Shown piece after piece: positions 46,874 through 59,000 of a DNA stretch of 64,000 nt. Below the pieces are notes generated by a model, which did not search any database, had not been told where the DNA came from, and saw only the letters and a program-made list of their open reading frames with translations. The DNA is from a virus. Position numbers and translations under genes: made by a program. Each line of letters begins with the position of its first letter. Position 1 is the first letter of the stretch. The stretch covers positions 1 through 64,000 of the IMG/VR virus record IMGVR_UViG_3300042197_003319; one strand, 5' to 3'.

Positions 46874-47003
46874 TCCTGGCCTTTAAGCTCTTGCTGATTC
46901 TTCCCGTTTTTCTTTTTAAACTTTCAATACTTTTAGCCGCTTACCCAATCGCCAGGCATTACCCCAAGCTTTTCCTTTGGCTCCAAGCCAAATGTCGTTT
47001 CTG

Positions 47004-50000
47004 TTAATCCACGTTCCTCGGCCCAAGCTCCCGCTTCAGCTGCCTTTTATCCGAAGCCTCCTGCCATAACTCGTATTTGTTTAGCACCAGAAGATCAGCG
47101 CTCTTGTTGGCTCTGCTTGTTAGGCGGGTGATCTCGTTTTGAACATCGCCAGAAGTGCGCTCAGGCAGTTCTTTAAGCCACTCCGGGTCCCTCAACGTTT
47201 CCCTAAGAACCTTCGCCCTTTCCATAACCCAATCATCCCTCTGCTCTTCGTTTAGCAGCACCCCCCTCACCCTTACTTGTCTTTCCGGCAGGGTCACCCA
47301 AGCCCTCTTCTTGGCCAGCTCAATCCAAAGAGGGTCGGGGTTATCCCGATAGCGCATAACAATATCCCCATAGTTGAAGAACGCCTGCTTGGCCCTATCC
47401 CATCCGTCCTTAGGCAGTTCTGATCCGTCGCTCAGCATGGGCTCTCCCAATACGTTGGTCATAGGGTGGTTAAAGTTGCGGAGGAAAGGGATGTTCCCGA
47501 TCCCAGCCGCCATAATGGATGAGTAATTGTCGGTCTTTTCGGGGAAGATTTTCCGGTCAGCTTCCCGCAGCAGGTTCCCAAACAGCATAGACCCACCCGT
47601 CCGCATCAGGAAGGCAACCGCTTTTTTGTCCCAGCTTCCGCTGTCCAGGTTGCCAAGGTCGGCCAGGGTTTTCACACCGCTTAAGAACGGAACGTCAACG
47701 ATGCCAAAGAGCATCGACTTTAATCCGGCCAGTGAGAACTGCATGGCCAGCTCCCCAGCCTTTGCCTGGTTGGGCTTCTCGTACTTTGAATAGTCGCGCA
47801 TGTACCCCAGCGATTTAAACAAGAGGAAGGTCGGCAGCCAGTTCGGGTTCTTGAACCACATATTCCCCACCTTGATGCTTTCCGGTTGCCATTTTCCGCT
47901 GTCGATCAAAGCCTGCCTGAACGCAGGATCCGAAGGACCCTTGCCGGAAAAGTCCAGGAACCTTTCTTTTTCGTCATCGTCTCCGTCAATTGTCCTGGCG
48001 ATAATCGCAGTCAATCCCGCCAGCATTATCCCTAAACCTGCAATCCCCCCGCCTAGTTCCATTGCCCGCATGTCGCTGGGCTTCTGCCTGGTCCCCTCTC
48101 CCCACACCTTGATCGTAGGGTTCATGCTCTTGAGTATTCCTGTCCCCATCCAGGACAGCCATGTCTGGTAAACCGAAGTCACAATCCCGTAAAAAGGCTG
48201 GACCAGTTTCGCGATCAGGTAATCGTTGGACCATCCCTCCAAGGTCTTCGCGAGGAAACCCGTGACTCCCATCGGCTTGTTGGTGTAAGCCAGCACAGAG
48301 CCCAGGAAAAACGCCTCGTCAGTCACAGCCCCGACCATTCTGTCGATGGTCTTCCTTTCAGCTTCGCTCGCCCTGTTCCAGACACGGTTCCAATAGGGGT
48401 TCGCCAATCCACGATTCCTTCTGGCCGACAGGTAAAGCTGTTGCCGGAACTCAAGTGTCCCAGGCTTGAGCCTTTCCACCCGCTCCTCAGACGCTTCCCG
48501 CTCTAGTTTCCGCACGATCTCCGGGCCTTCCAAGCCCTCCGGCAATCTCTCGTTTGTCCCGGCAATCTGTCTTGCGGTCCTGAGCATGCTGCCCAAGTCA
48601 GAAGACAACAGGCCCTGGGCATCAGGAACATCCCGGTCAGGGTAATTTTCAGCGAGCTCCCTCGAAACATCGGAAGCCGCAAGAGCTGCCGCAAGTTCGC
48701 TGTAGAAAGTTGTCGTGGCCAAATCCAGGGAGTTGTAGAGCCTCGAGATCAGAATCCCAAGACCTGTGGGGCTCACCTGGATTGCCGCTGAGTCTCCGTA
48801 TTCGGGTGACCTAATCGTTCCGGCGCCAACCTTCTTTAACCCTACCCGAACAAGCTTAAATGTTTTGTCCCAGGCGCTCTTGGATATCGGGATTTGAGGC
48901 CAGATTCCACGCTTGTTCCACCCAAACCAAAGCTCAGCAAGCTTGGCCACGCCCCTGCCGAACGAAGAGTTTGCGTTGATCCGAACACCACCCTCACCAA
49001 GAAGCTCGGGCAAGGGACGACCGGATACCCTGGTCGATAAGGTTTTTCCTGGAGCAAGGGTTTTACCTGAGCTGTCCCCGGTTGCCAGCAGGTCAATGGC
49101 TTCCACCAGGGCGTTGTTGATCGCTCTTGGGATGGCCTTCATGGCGACCCTGACAGACGACATGTTCTTGTCCCTGGCAACCCTCACCCCAAGCATAGCC
49201 CCGAGGTTCAGCGCGTTGCCGATTGGTGACAGAAGGTTGACCGTGATGGTCTTAACCCCTTGCAAAATATTCGTGTAGAACTGGCCGACAAAAGCCTCGA
49301 GAACCGTGACCCCGGAATCCTTCTTGATGGCGTCCAGGATGTCCATGGTCTTGCGGCCGGCCCTTCTGGAGTCAGGACCGTCAGGATCGTTGGCGATTTC
49401 GTTGGCTAGTTTCTCAATCGTCTTCTTGGTCTGCTCGCTCGGCATCCAGTTCTCGTCGTCGAGCTTTAGCTTCTTGGCCACATATCCGTAGATCACCTGC
49501 TCGGTAAGGTTCCCAGCCAAAGCAGCCTTCACGACGTTATGCAGGTTGTCCCGAATGGCCCTTGTCGCCCGGTTCTCGCTCTTCCCGAACACAAGTTGAA
49601 TGGATCGCTGGATCTCGGTTTGGGCGATCTTTTCCATTTCGTCCGAGATCTTGGACAGAACCCGCCCAAGCACGTCCTCCTTAACCTCGATTCCGCTGGC
49701 CTTAAGCTCGGCCACCAGGTCGGCCAGAACCTCTGCTTTCCTGGCCGTCAAAAGATACCTGCGGTTAAAGACAAACTCCTTGAAGTTGAAGCTTGGGAGG
49801 GTCATGTACGACCTGACGTCCGCCGTGGTGAACGGTTCGTCCATGGCCTGCTGCATGGCCTCGACAATCAATTGGTAAGAGCCTTCGTCCACCGAGTCTT
49901 TGAGGCTGTCGTAGATCATTTGAACCGCAGTCTGCAGGGATTCCCAGTTGTTCATGGCCTCGCGGAACCTGCGGACAGACTGAAGTTTCCTTTGCTCCTG

Positions 50001-53000
50001 GCTCATCTTGCTGCGGGTCAGCTTGAGCTGTCCGTTACCCTGGAGCTGAACCCTTTCGCGAAGGATTCTGCGGATGATCCCCACGGCGGTTTCTTTGGGG
50101 GCCTTGTTTTCCGCGTCTTTTGCGTCCAGGGCCCTTTCAAAATTCTCAAGAAACCCATCCAGGACGTTCTCGATAATCTTTCGGCTGGCTTTGTTAACGT
50201 CTTTGACTGGGCTTCCGGTTCCCGAGACCTGCTCGTCTGCCTCGTCAGACATCATAGTGGTTCCGAAACGGTTCCAGAGGTGATTGTTGATCTCGTTTGT
50301 CGTCGCTTGGGCTGACTCATCAAGCACGTCCTGGGCCTCTTCGATGTTTTCCAGAACTTCCCCTTCGGAAACACCAAGCTCTTTGGCCACTTCTTTGGCG
50401 GAGGCTGTGCCTTTCTGCAAGAGCGCAGCGGTTCCCTCGGCAACCGTGGCCGACATTTGCCGTCTTGTCTCAGCCGAATCCTCGGTCTTCTTGAGCAGTT
50501 CGACCATTTCCTTGGCCGTCTTGATCTGCTGGTCGAGCACGTCGGAAAGCGTGTTTGTGCTCATCCTCTGCCACTCCGAGGAGATGCTGGCAATTCTCTT
50601 GGCCTTTAACAAAAGCTGCGCCCAGATGGCGTTGTTCGCTGTTGATTCGATCAGCCCGCCAAGCTTGGAAACTTCTTCTTTCCCAAACACTTTCTCCAAG
50701 GCGCTGTTGATGGCCTGGTCGCCAGCCATCTTGGCTTTGGCGATGTCGTCCGCAAACAACCCGACCTGGCGGAGCCTTTCGACCTGCTTGGCGTTTGTCG
50801 CAAACCACATCCAGCCAGCCACTCCGATCCTTGAATAAGCCCCAAAAGCCCTAAGCCCTTGGGCAAGGGATGTCCCGAGGTCGGCTTGTTTTCTTGCCAG
50901 AGCAAACTGCATGGCCCGTATTTCGTTTGCCCTTTCCGGGTTTTCCTTTGCTGCTTTTTCCAACTGCTGGATAAGGATTGAGTTAAGGATAACGATGTTG
51001 TCAAAGTGCCTGGTGCTTCCGTCGCGGATGGCCTGAAGCTCTTCGTCGTTAACGCTAAGATCGGGGCTAAGGATTGCCCTGGTTGCCTGCTCTGCCCCAC
51101 CGACACGGTTGATCAGGGCCAACATTTCCTCTGCCCGCAAGGGCTGGGTCCTTACCGAGTACTTAAACTCACCCAGAGCTGTCGCGCTTCTGAGTTCGTT
51201 GCCAAGTCGTTCATCCCTGGCCAGCTGCCCGGCAAACACCTGGCGACGTTCTTTGCCTTCCCGCTTCTTAAAGTATTTCATGCCCCTGGCTTCCCGCTCT
51301 CCCTGTTCCCCACGGTATGGGCTTCCGGTTCCAGCCACATCGTCGTTGCGGATTACAAACTTAATCGTTCCGGCTTTCTCCTGTTTCTCAAGCTCACGGA
51401 CCAAAAGCCCAAATTCAGATCTCTGCCACACACGTCCGTTAAAAGGATATTTAGCGACAATCATTTGAGAGGCTACGTTTCCTCGAGCCCCTTCCCTTGA
51501 AACGTTTAGTGTCGTAAACCCAATAGCTCCTTTGTCTATCAAGTCCCAGGTAAACCTAAATTTCGGTCTGGCTCTCCTGGCTTTGGCCTCACTTCCAGTT
51601 ACCGGAGGTTCCGGATGAACCGTTTCTTTCGTGGAAAGCTTGTCCCGTTTGTTGATCTCAAAGGATGTTTTTGCGTTACGGCCAATTTCCGAGTACTCAA
51701 GCTTTTGGGAATTGGTCTTGTCCACCTTGTAAAGGTCCAGGGAATTAAGCTCGTGGTAGCCAGGTATTTTTGGGACCCCCTCAAAATAGAGCACGGTCCT
51801 GGGCTGGATGACGATCTTCGTCCCTTTTGTGACACCAGTTGCGTCCCCGTAGTCTTCGTGGGAATACATGTTCACATAGCGGTTGTTCTCATCCAAAAGG
51901 CTTTCGGGTGTTAGACTAACTTCTGTCAATACTCCGCCACGATTGGTCGAAATGCTTATGCCCGAGGTGGCAATCACATGGTCCAAGGGGGTCAACTTTA
52001 ACCTGTCGGAATGCTCAAACCGCTCAAACAAGAACCGCTCCAACTCTTCCGCCGACATTCCGTTGTTGTTGTCGATGATGGTGTAGCGGTTGTTCACCTT
52101 GTCTACAGTCACACTGACCTTGGTTTTCGCATTTCCGGCTTTGAACGCCTGCTGAATCAGCTCCGTAAGTCCGTTAACCAGGTCGTAGTCCTTGGCCTGG
52201 CCGATAGCATTCTCCACCAGGGTTTTATTTACCAACAGAGGAACCTTAACCCTGCCCGGAGCATCTTCCCCGTCATAGTAAAGCGATCCGGTTCCGGCAA
52301 CTTCTCCGTTGCGGCTTACAAGTTGAACCCCAGTCGGAGCCCTGTCCTTATACAGCATCTGCGGGTAGGTTACGTGTGAACGCTCCTTGATGATCTTAAG
52401 CGCAAGATCCATCAGGTTATTTGTCCTTGGCGATTCCGGTATCTTAATCACGTCACCTGGTTTCGGCTGGTAATCCGTCGGAAGGTTATTGTGTTTGGCC
52501 ACTTCCTCCCTGGTCAGTCCGTACTTTGTCGCAATCTCAAGCAGAGTCAGTTGTTCCGGAGCCTCGAAGAACGGAGGCACTTCCACGCTCTTGGTAGTTC
52601 CGGGAATCAGCAATTGAGAACCGACAATAACTTTACCCATCGTCAGGTTGTTTGCTTTCTTGAGGTCCTGGACGCTAACACCGTTTTTGGCCGCGATATC
52701 AGCGAGCACTTCATCTGAAGTCCGCTTGCGGCCTTCCGGCACAACATATTCAGTTGCCTCTACCGGGACATCCATTTGGGGGGACTTGCCCGCGAACAGC
52801 ATGTTTTCGGTCACGCTTCTCATGGGGCCGGTTGCGCTGATCTTTTTGCTGCGATTCACAACCGACATGCTCTTTGGCGTGTTCCGTAATAGGGCAAGCT
52901 GCTGGATTTTCTCCAAGCCCTGCTTGTTAAACTCACCCTTGCGATAGGTGACCCAACCAAACATCATCCCCACCTTGACAATGTCCTGGTCGTTTATCGA

Positions 53001-56000
53001 AGCGCCTGCCTCAAACCTTCCCGCGAGGTATGCCTCGGCTTCCCGCTTTACGACATAATCAAAACTGGAATTGGTGGCTCTACCCTGCTCAATGGCTTCC
53101 ATCAAAAGGTCGATGCGCTGTTTCCGCAGCGCTTTCCTGACTTCGATTTGCGACTGCGCGACATTGTCGGGCCTTTCCGTTTTCTCGATGTCCACCTTCT
53201 TGGTTCTGGTGGCGATGTCTTTGCCGTACCACTTGCCTTTGTAGTAAATGTCGCCCTGCTCGCCCAGTTTCTGAATCGCAATCATCACCGCTTCGTCGGC
53301 GTTCCTGGCCCGGATATAGATCTTCTTTGACCTTGAGTTGACAGCACCGATGCTTCCGGTCGAGCGGTTGATCTTTGCCGCAGCGGAAGCCATCGACATC
53401 ACCATGGCCTCGCCTCTCGGCCCACCCCGCTTGTTCGGCTTGCCGGCGATCTCTTTAAGGAGTCTTTTGGCGTTTATGTCGGCGATTTCCGGGTGAAGTT
53501 GGAACTCCCACATGGAGTTGCCCCGTTCGTCAACCATAGGCTCGGACTTAATGATCGGCGTTCCGGCTGGCTTCATCCCAATTATGGTTGCCGGCTTGAG
53601 CGACTGAGTTTCCTTTTCGCTCTTGAACTCCACCCTCCGAATCGCGGAAAGATCCGGCTCAACGGGAAGTGTGACCATCAGGGTGGGGGAATCCGTCCCC
53701 TGGTCGCGGGTGATGGTTACGGCTTTCTTGGTCGTGTAATAAGCCGAAGCCGCGTATTCAGCGTGCAGACTCGGCACATAGGAACCGTCGGTAAATATCG
53801 GGATCTTGAAATTCCCCGAAACGTTTTTGTCGGAGTTATACTTAAGGATCATCCCGACCCCACCGTAAGACACCGGCAACTGCCACTCTCCGCTTTCCGC
53901 CTTGGACCACCCTTTCTCTTTGGTTTCCTGGTAAAGGATTTCCGCAGATATCTTCTTATCCTCGACGTTTGCCAGGCCAAGATAGTTTGCCGGGAATGTC
54001 CACTCGATTGTCTTTTTGTAGACCGGGGCCCCCTGACCAAACTTCGGGACCATGCCGCGACGCTTGAGCTCCGCCACAATCGCCGGTGGCAGATTGTTAA
54101 GTTCCTGTTCTGTTACAAGGACACCTTCCTGGGAGTCATCGACTTTGATTTGGCTTACGTATTCGGTCTTCAGCATTCTGTCGAATACGTCCTGGACCTC
54201 AGCTTTTTCAGCGAGGATTTTCTGCCGTGCAGCCTGTAGTTCTGAACGTTTTTTGAAAGCCAAAGCTGCTCTTGGGTTGTTCTCTTCTCCCATCTGCAAC
54301 TCGGACAATATCTCCTGGTTAATCAAAAGAATTTTTTGATCCTGCTTTCGGATGTCTTCTTCAATATTTTTTAAGTGGACACGATATTCGTTAACCCTCT
54401 TTGGGATGCTTGGGGTTAAGACCGCGGAGCGAATCGACTTTTGGTCGATCAACTTCATGGTCATCTGCAGACGTCGTCTGGCGGCTTTGTCGAGAGGTGC
54501 CGGAGGAAGCTCCTGTTTCGCTTTTTTAGAAACCCATTTTTTAAGACCAGCGTCCCAATCGGCATCCGCACCGGTGATCTCCGGGATTGAAACGTTGGTC
54601 GTCAGCCACTGCTCGTAAGCCGCCACTGCTTTCTCGGCAAGCTCCCTGGCTTCCTTTGTCTTCTCTTGGTCGCCGATGGCGTTTAGAAACCGCAGGATTT
54701 CCTTGGTATGTTTGTTGGTTTCTACAAGTTTTTTGACGGCCTCGTCTTCGTAGGACAATATTCTTGAGTTGGTTTTTGTGACCTCGATTGCCTTTCGGAA
54801 AGGCCCAAACAGCACATTGACAACCGGGTCCTGCAGGGCTTTTGTCTGAACCATCGGCTCCGAAAGCTTTTTGATTTCCTGCATGAAGTCCCGCAATTCC
54901 TTACGGGTTTTCGCAAGCTCGATTGTTTCTTCGAGCCACTGCTCATCCTTGGCAATTGTTTCCAGAACTTTCTTGAACCGGAAATAGTTTTCCATGCCGG
55001 CAGCTTCCAGGGCGGCAAGCAACCTGTTGTATTCCCACCGCGACTTGAATCCCCTCTGTTCCAGCACTTCGTCCGTGATCTCCGGCGAATCGAATACTTC
55101 CAGGTTTGCCAGGTTGGGCCCGTACTTCTCTTGCTGGTCGGTGGTTATTTGAAAACCTTGAGCGCCCATGTACAGGCCGTGTTGAGTGGACAAATAGGCG
55201 TATTTTCCTGCGTAATCCTCCGTTAGGATTTCTTCGGCCGCGGAATCAACATCCATGCCGTCGTAAAACTCTTCGTCGTCAAGCCCGGTATTAGGGTTAT
55301 TGTAGTTCGAAGAAGCGTAATCGGTTTCTTCTTCGTAAACTTCCTCGCCAAAATAGTACACGGGTTTCTGAATAGATTGGCGATCGCGCTCAAGCGTTTT
55401 CCGAACCACCTCCCATTTTATTTCGGCAATTTGTCTACGTATCTCCTTCATCTCCAACTCGATCTGTTCGCGTGTCCTTGGCGTTCCTGTTCCCGATACC
55501 CATTCCTTGGACTCAAGGTCTTGATTTGGTTTTTGCGCTTCCTTAACCCTAAAGGTCACCGCTTCCATTGCTTTTTGGATGGGTGACACGGAAAACATAT
55601 CTTCCGCATTCCCCTGACGCGAGTTGTCGGAAAGAGCCGCTGCCAGCTCGTCCATCATCACATTAAACAAGGTGGCTGATTTCGCTGTATACTTTGTCTT
55701 TCCGTTTTCCAATTTTGTGGTCGGCCCGATTTTCTCGGACATGAAATCGACCAGGGCCCTGAACTCTGGGTTTGCATCGATCTCTGGGAACTTGTTGGTG
55801 GCTGTGCCCTTTTCGTCAAGCAGGTCCATGACGTTGGAACTTGAAGCCAGCTCTTTGATTGCCGCGTACGGGCTCATGTTTCTGGCTTTTTGGGAGAGCA
55901 TTTGATTCATCAACCTGCTGAAGAAAGCCTTGTACTGGGCGCTTTCTTTTTCCCCAAGAACTTCCGACGATGCGACACACTGGGCCATGGACAAATAGAG

Positions 56001-59000
56001 GTTTTTGGCGTTGCCCTGGTCCATCACTTCCCTGACCATTTCTGTTGCCGGGGTTGTGCTTTTGGGGGCATTCAGATGTCGGTCCATCGGCTGCAAAAAC
56101 TCACGTAGGATCATGTACTGCAGGTATTCGACCGGCTGAGAACCTGCCGCGCTGCTCAGCAAGGCGGCTCTAGAATCCCTGTCGATGACGTTTTCTTCGA
56201 CGAGTTGTTTGATAAATGTCTGAGCCCCCTCCCTAGTCAGGTTGTGGAGATCGACGGCAAGAGACCTTAGCTTTTTGCGCTTGGTCTCTGATTTGGCCAC
56301 AGCGTCATAATCCTGGTCAGCTTTTTGCAAATGGGTCAGTTCCGACCCACCTTCAGCGTTCATCACCTTAACCAGGTAATCCAGTCTTTCGGAACCCTCC
56401 TGGGTTGAGGTGTCAACCTGCTCCGTCATTACCCGATAAAGGAAATACCCTCCAGTTTCGAGGTCGGCTGGTATTTCTCCCCCCATTCTGGCCGTCATGT
56501 CTTTCGCAAGATCCAGCATTGCAGACACGTTTTCGGGAGACTTGGCAAACTGATACCCGAGAACTTGCTCCCGTGCATTGCCTCCGACCACCATCCATTC
56601 GCCTACCGCCTTATCAAAAATAAGGGTGGGAAGCCCTTGGTTGGGCGAACCGGCCCCCTCGTTTACGATCTGCTGCGGGTCAAAACCTGGGCCTTGGATT
56701 TTTAGAATCTTTTCCTTTTCTGCCGGGTCATAAGAATAATTCCTGGTATTGCGACCGGTGTATCTTGAGTTTGCCCCAAAGAATTTTTCTGAACCCATGT
56801 GGGAGGCCTGAACCTTTGACCTTTTGACCCAGGCGTAAACAAAAGGATGCCTTTGACCAGAAGCGTCTCGCACCTTTTGCTCTGGCCCAAAATCTACGAT
56901 ATCTCCTGGGTTTCTCTTTTTAAGCGTGGTGGCATGCGTAATTGTTCTTGTGACGCTGGACAAGTCCACCGGCTCTGCGGTTACAGCTGAGCCACCTTCC
57001 CTGAGCGTAACCTTCGGTCCCTCCTCCGTGGAAACAAGTTTGAGCAGGCTGGTTATTGACTCGTTGTTTTTCGGGGGTGCGTTAGGACCATATTTTTCAA
57101 GGTGGAAAAGGATGTTGTCCGTTGCGTCCAGGACAGACCCAAGGAATGGGCTGTCTTTTACGGTGATGCCCAGACGGCCAAGGATATCAAACACCGCCTG
57201 CCGCAATGCCTTGAACCACATCGCCAGGTATCCGTCTTTGGGAACCCCTTTGAGGAGCTGTCTCAGGCTTTCTTCGTCTGCCTCGGATGGGCGGATAAAG
57301 TCCTCCGTCGTGTAACCAAGTCTGGCTTTTTGCAGGACGAATCTGATGTATTCAATGGTTGCCGATTTGTCATCAAGCTCCCTGCCGTACCTTTTTCTTA
57401 GGAGCTCCAATGCTTCCGGGGATATCTCTTCAAAAGCCTTTTGGGTCAGGTAGTTCATTGTCCTGGAGTAAGCTTCCTGGGCGGTTAGTTCTCCAGACCT
57501 AATCTGCCTGTCATACAACTGAACAGCCACGGTTCTGACCACCGCGTAAGTTGCGTTGTGCGCCATCTCTTCGCTTGCTGTGCTCAGAAGATATCCTCTT
57601 CCCGCTTCGCCAACCCTGCCCCGCATGTTGAGGGAAATCCTGTCCCTGTTGTTGAGGAGGACTTCCGGCTTGATGTATACCGTGTTGAAGTCCGGTGACG
57701 AAATACTTACCCAAGCCGCCATGTCTCCCCTGTCCCCAAAGATAATTTTTACGTTCTTGAACTTCAGGTCCGAAAGGGCTTTTGCGAATTCGTCGACAAC
57801 ATCCTGCTGGTAAGGTGACAAGCTGGAAAATCTTTCGTCAACAAGCTGACCGTTTCTAAGAACAGTTGCCTGCCTTCGGACTTCGCCCTGCAGGTCTTTT
57901 GCGTAGACTTTTCCGTCGCCAGTTTCCTTCGGTATCTGGGGGCGACCATCAACATAAGTCGACCCTTGAAAAGGAAGGGTGGGTTGGTTGCTGTCGCCTT
58001 GTTGCAGAACACCCTGGGTGGCGGCAAGAACACCCTGCTTGCTTTCCCGTCTGCGGATTCTCTCAAGGTCCGTCCAAATGTCCGAGGCAACCAGTTCTTT
58101 GATAACCGGCTCCGACATGGAAGAAAGCCGGTAGCCTGCGCGCTTTAGGATCTGATCGTGCTTGTCGGCAGCCTCGTTCGGAGTCGCGATATAAACAACT
58201 CTTGGTGCTGTTCCCGTCTGGTCGTCCAACGATAGCCCGGCTCCACCCTTCATCGGGGTAACAAGAGCCACACGTTTTAGGCCTACCTGGAAGTCATTGA
58301 TGTCGGAGGTCATTTGAGCTCCGCCTTCCCCGTAAATGACAGCCGGCTGGAGTCCTTCTTTGCGGAACATGTCGTTCAGCATCTCCAGCATGGACGGGGT
58401 TTTGCCGAAGTTTATCTCCGGGAAGGAGATCTCGTTGACGAATTCCCCGAAGATAACAACCTGCTTGCCTTGCCGCAGATCCTGCATGGCCATTTCGAAA
58501 ATGTACGGAGCCTTGTTAACTTCGGCCCAGGCTTCCGTCTTGAACTTCAACACGCCCTCAAGCTCGAGCGTTTTACGCTGTTGCTCGACCGTTGGGATCA
58601 CCGAAGGGTCGCCGGTCAGCTCGGAAATTTGTCTGCGGTAATAACCCTCGATCTGTTCGATCTGAGCCTTGATTTGCGGACCGGCGTTAAGCTCAACCCT
58701 CGATGTCTGAACGTTGATCCCTTCCGGCACTCTCCGGATGTAGGCCCCAACGGTTGCAGCCGACTCAACAAGGTTGGCGATGGTCTCCTCTTTGTTCTTG
58801 GAGATTTCCAACATCGAGCGAACGGTTGTCTCTGATTTGCCGAGAATTCCCGGCAGGAAATAGAGAGCACCCGAAAGGCGGTCGGCGGGAGTTGCCGTAA
58901 GGAAAATCTTAAATGCCTTGGTCTGCCTCGCCATCTGGTTACGGATGGCGGTGGTGTTCTTGAGGTTCTGGGCTTCGTCGAACAGGATTACGTCCGCAGA

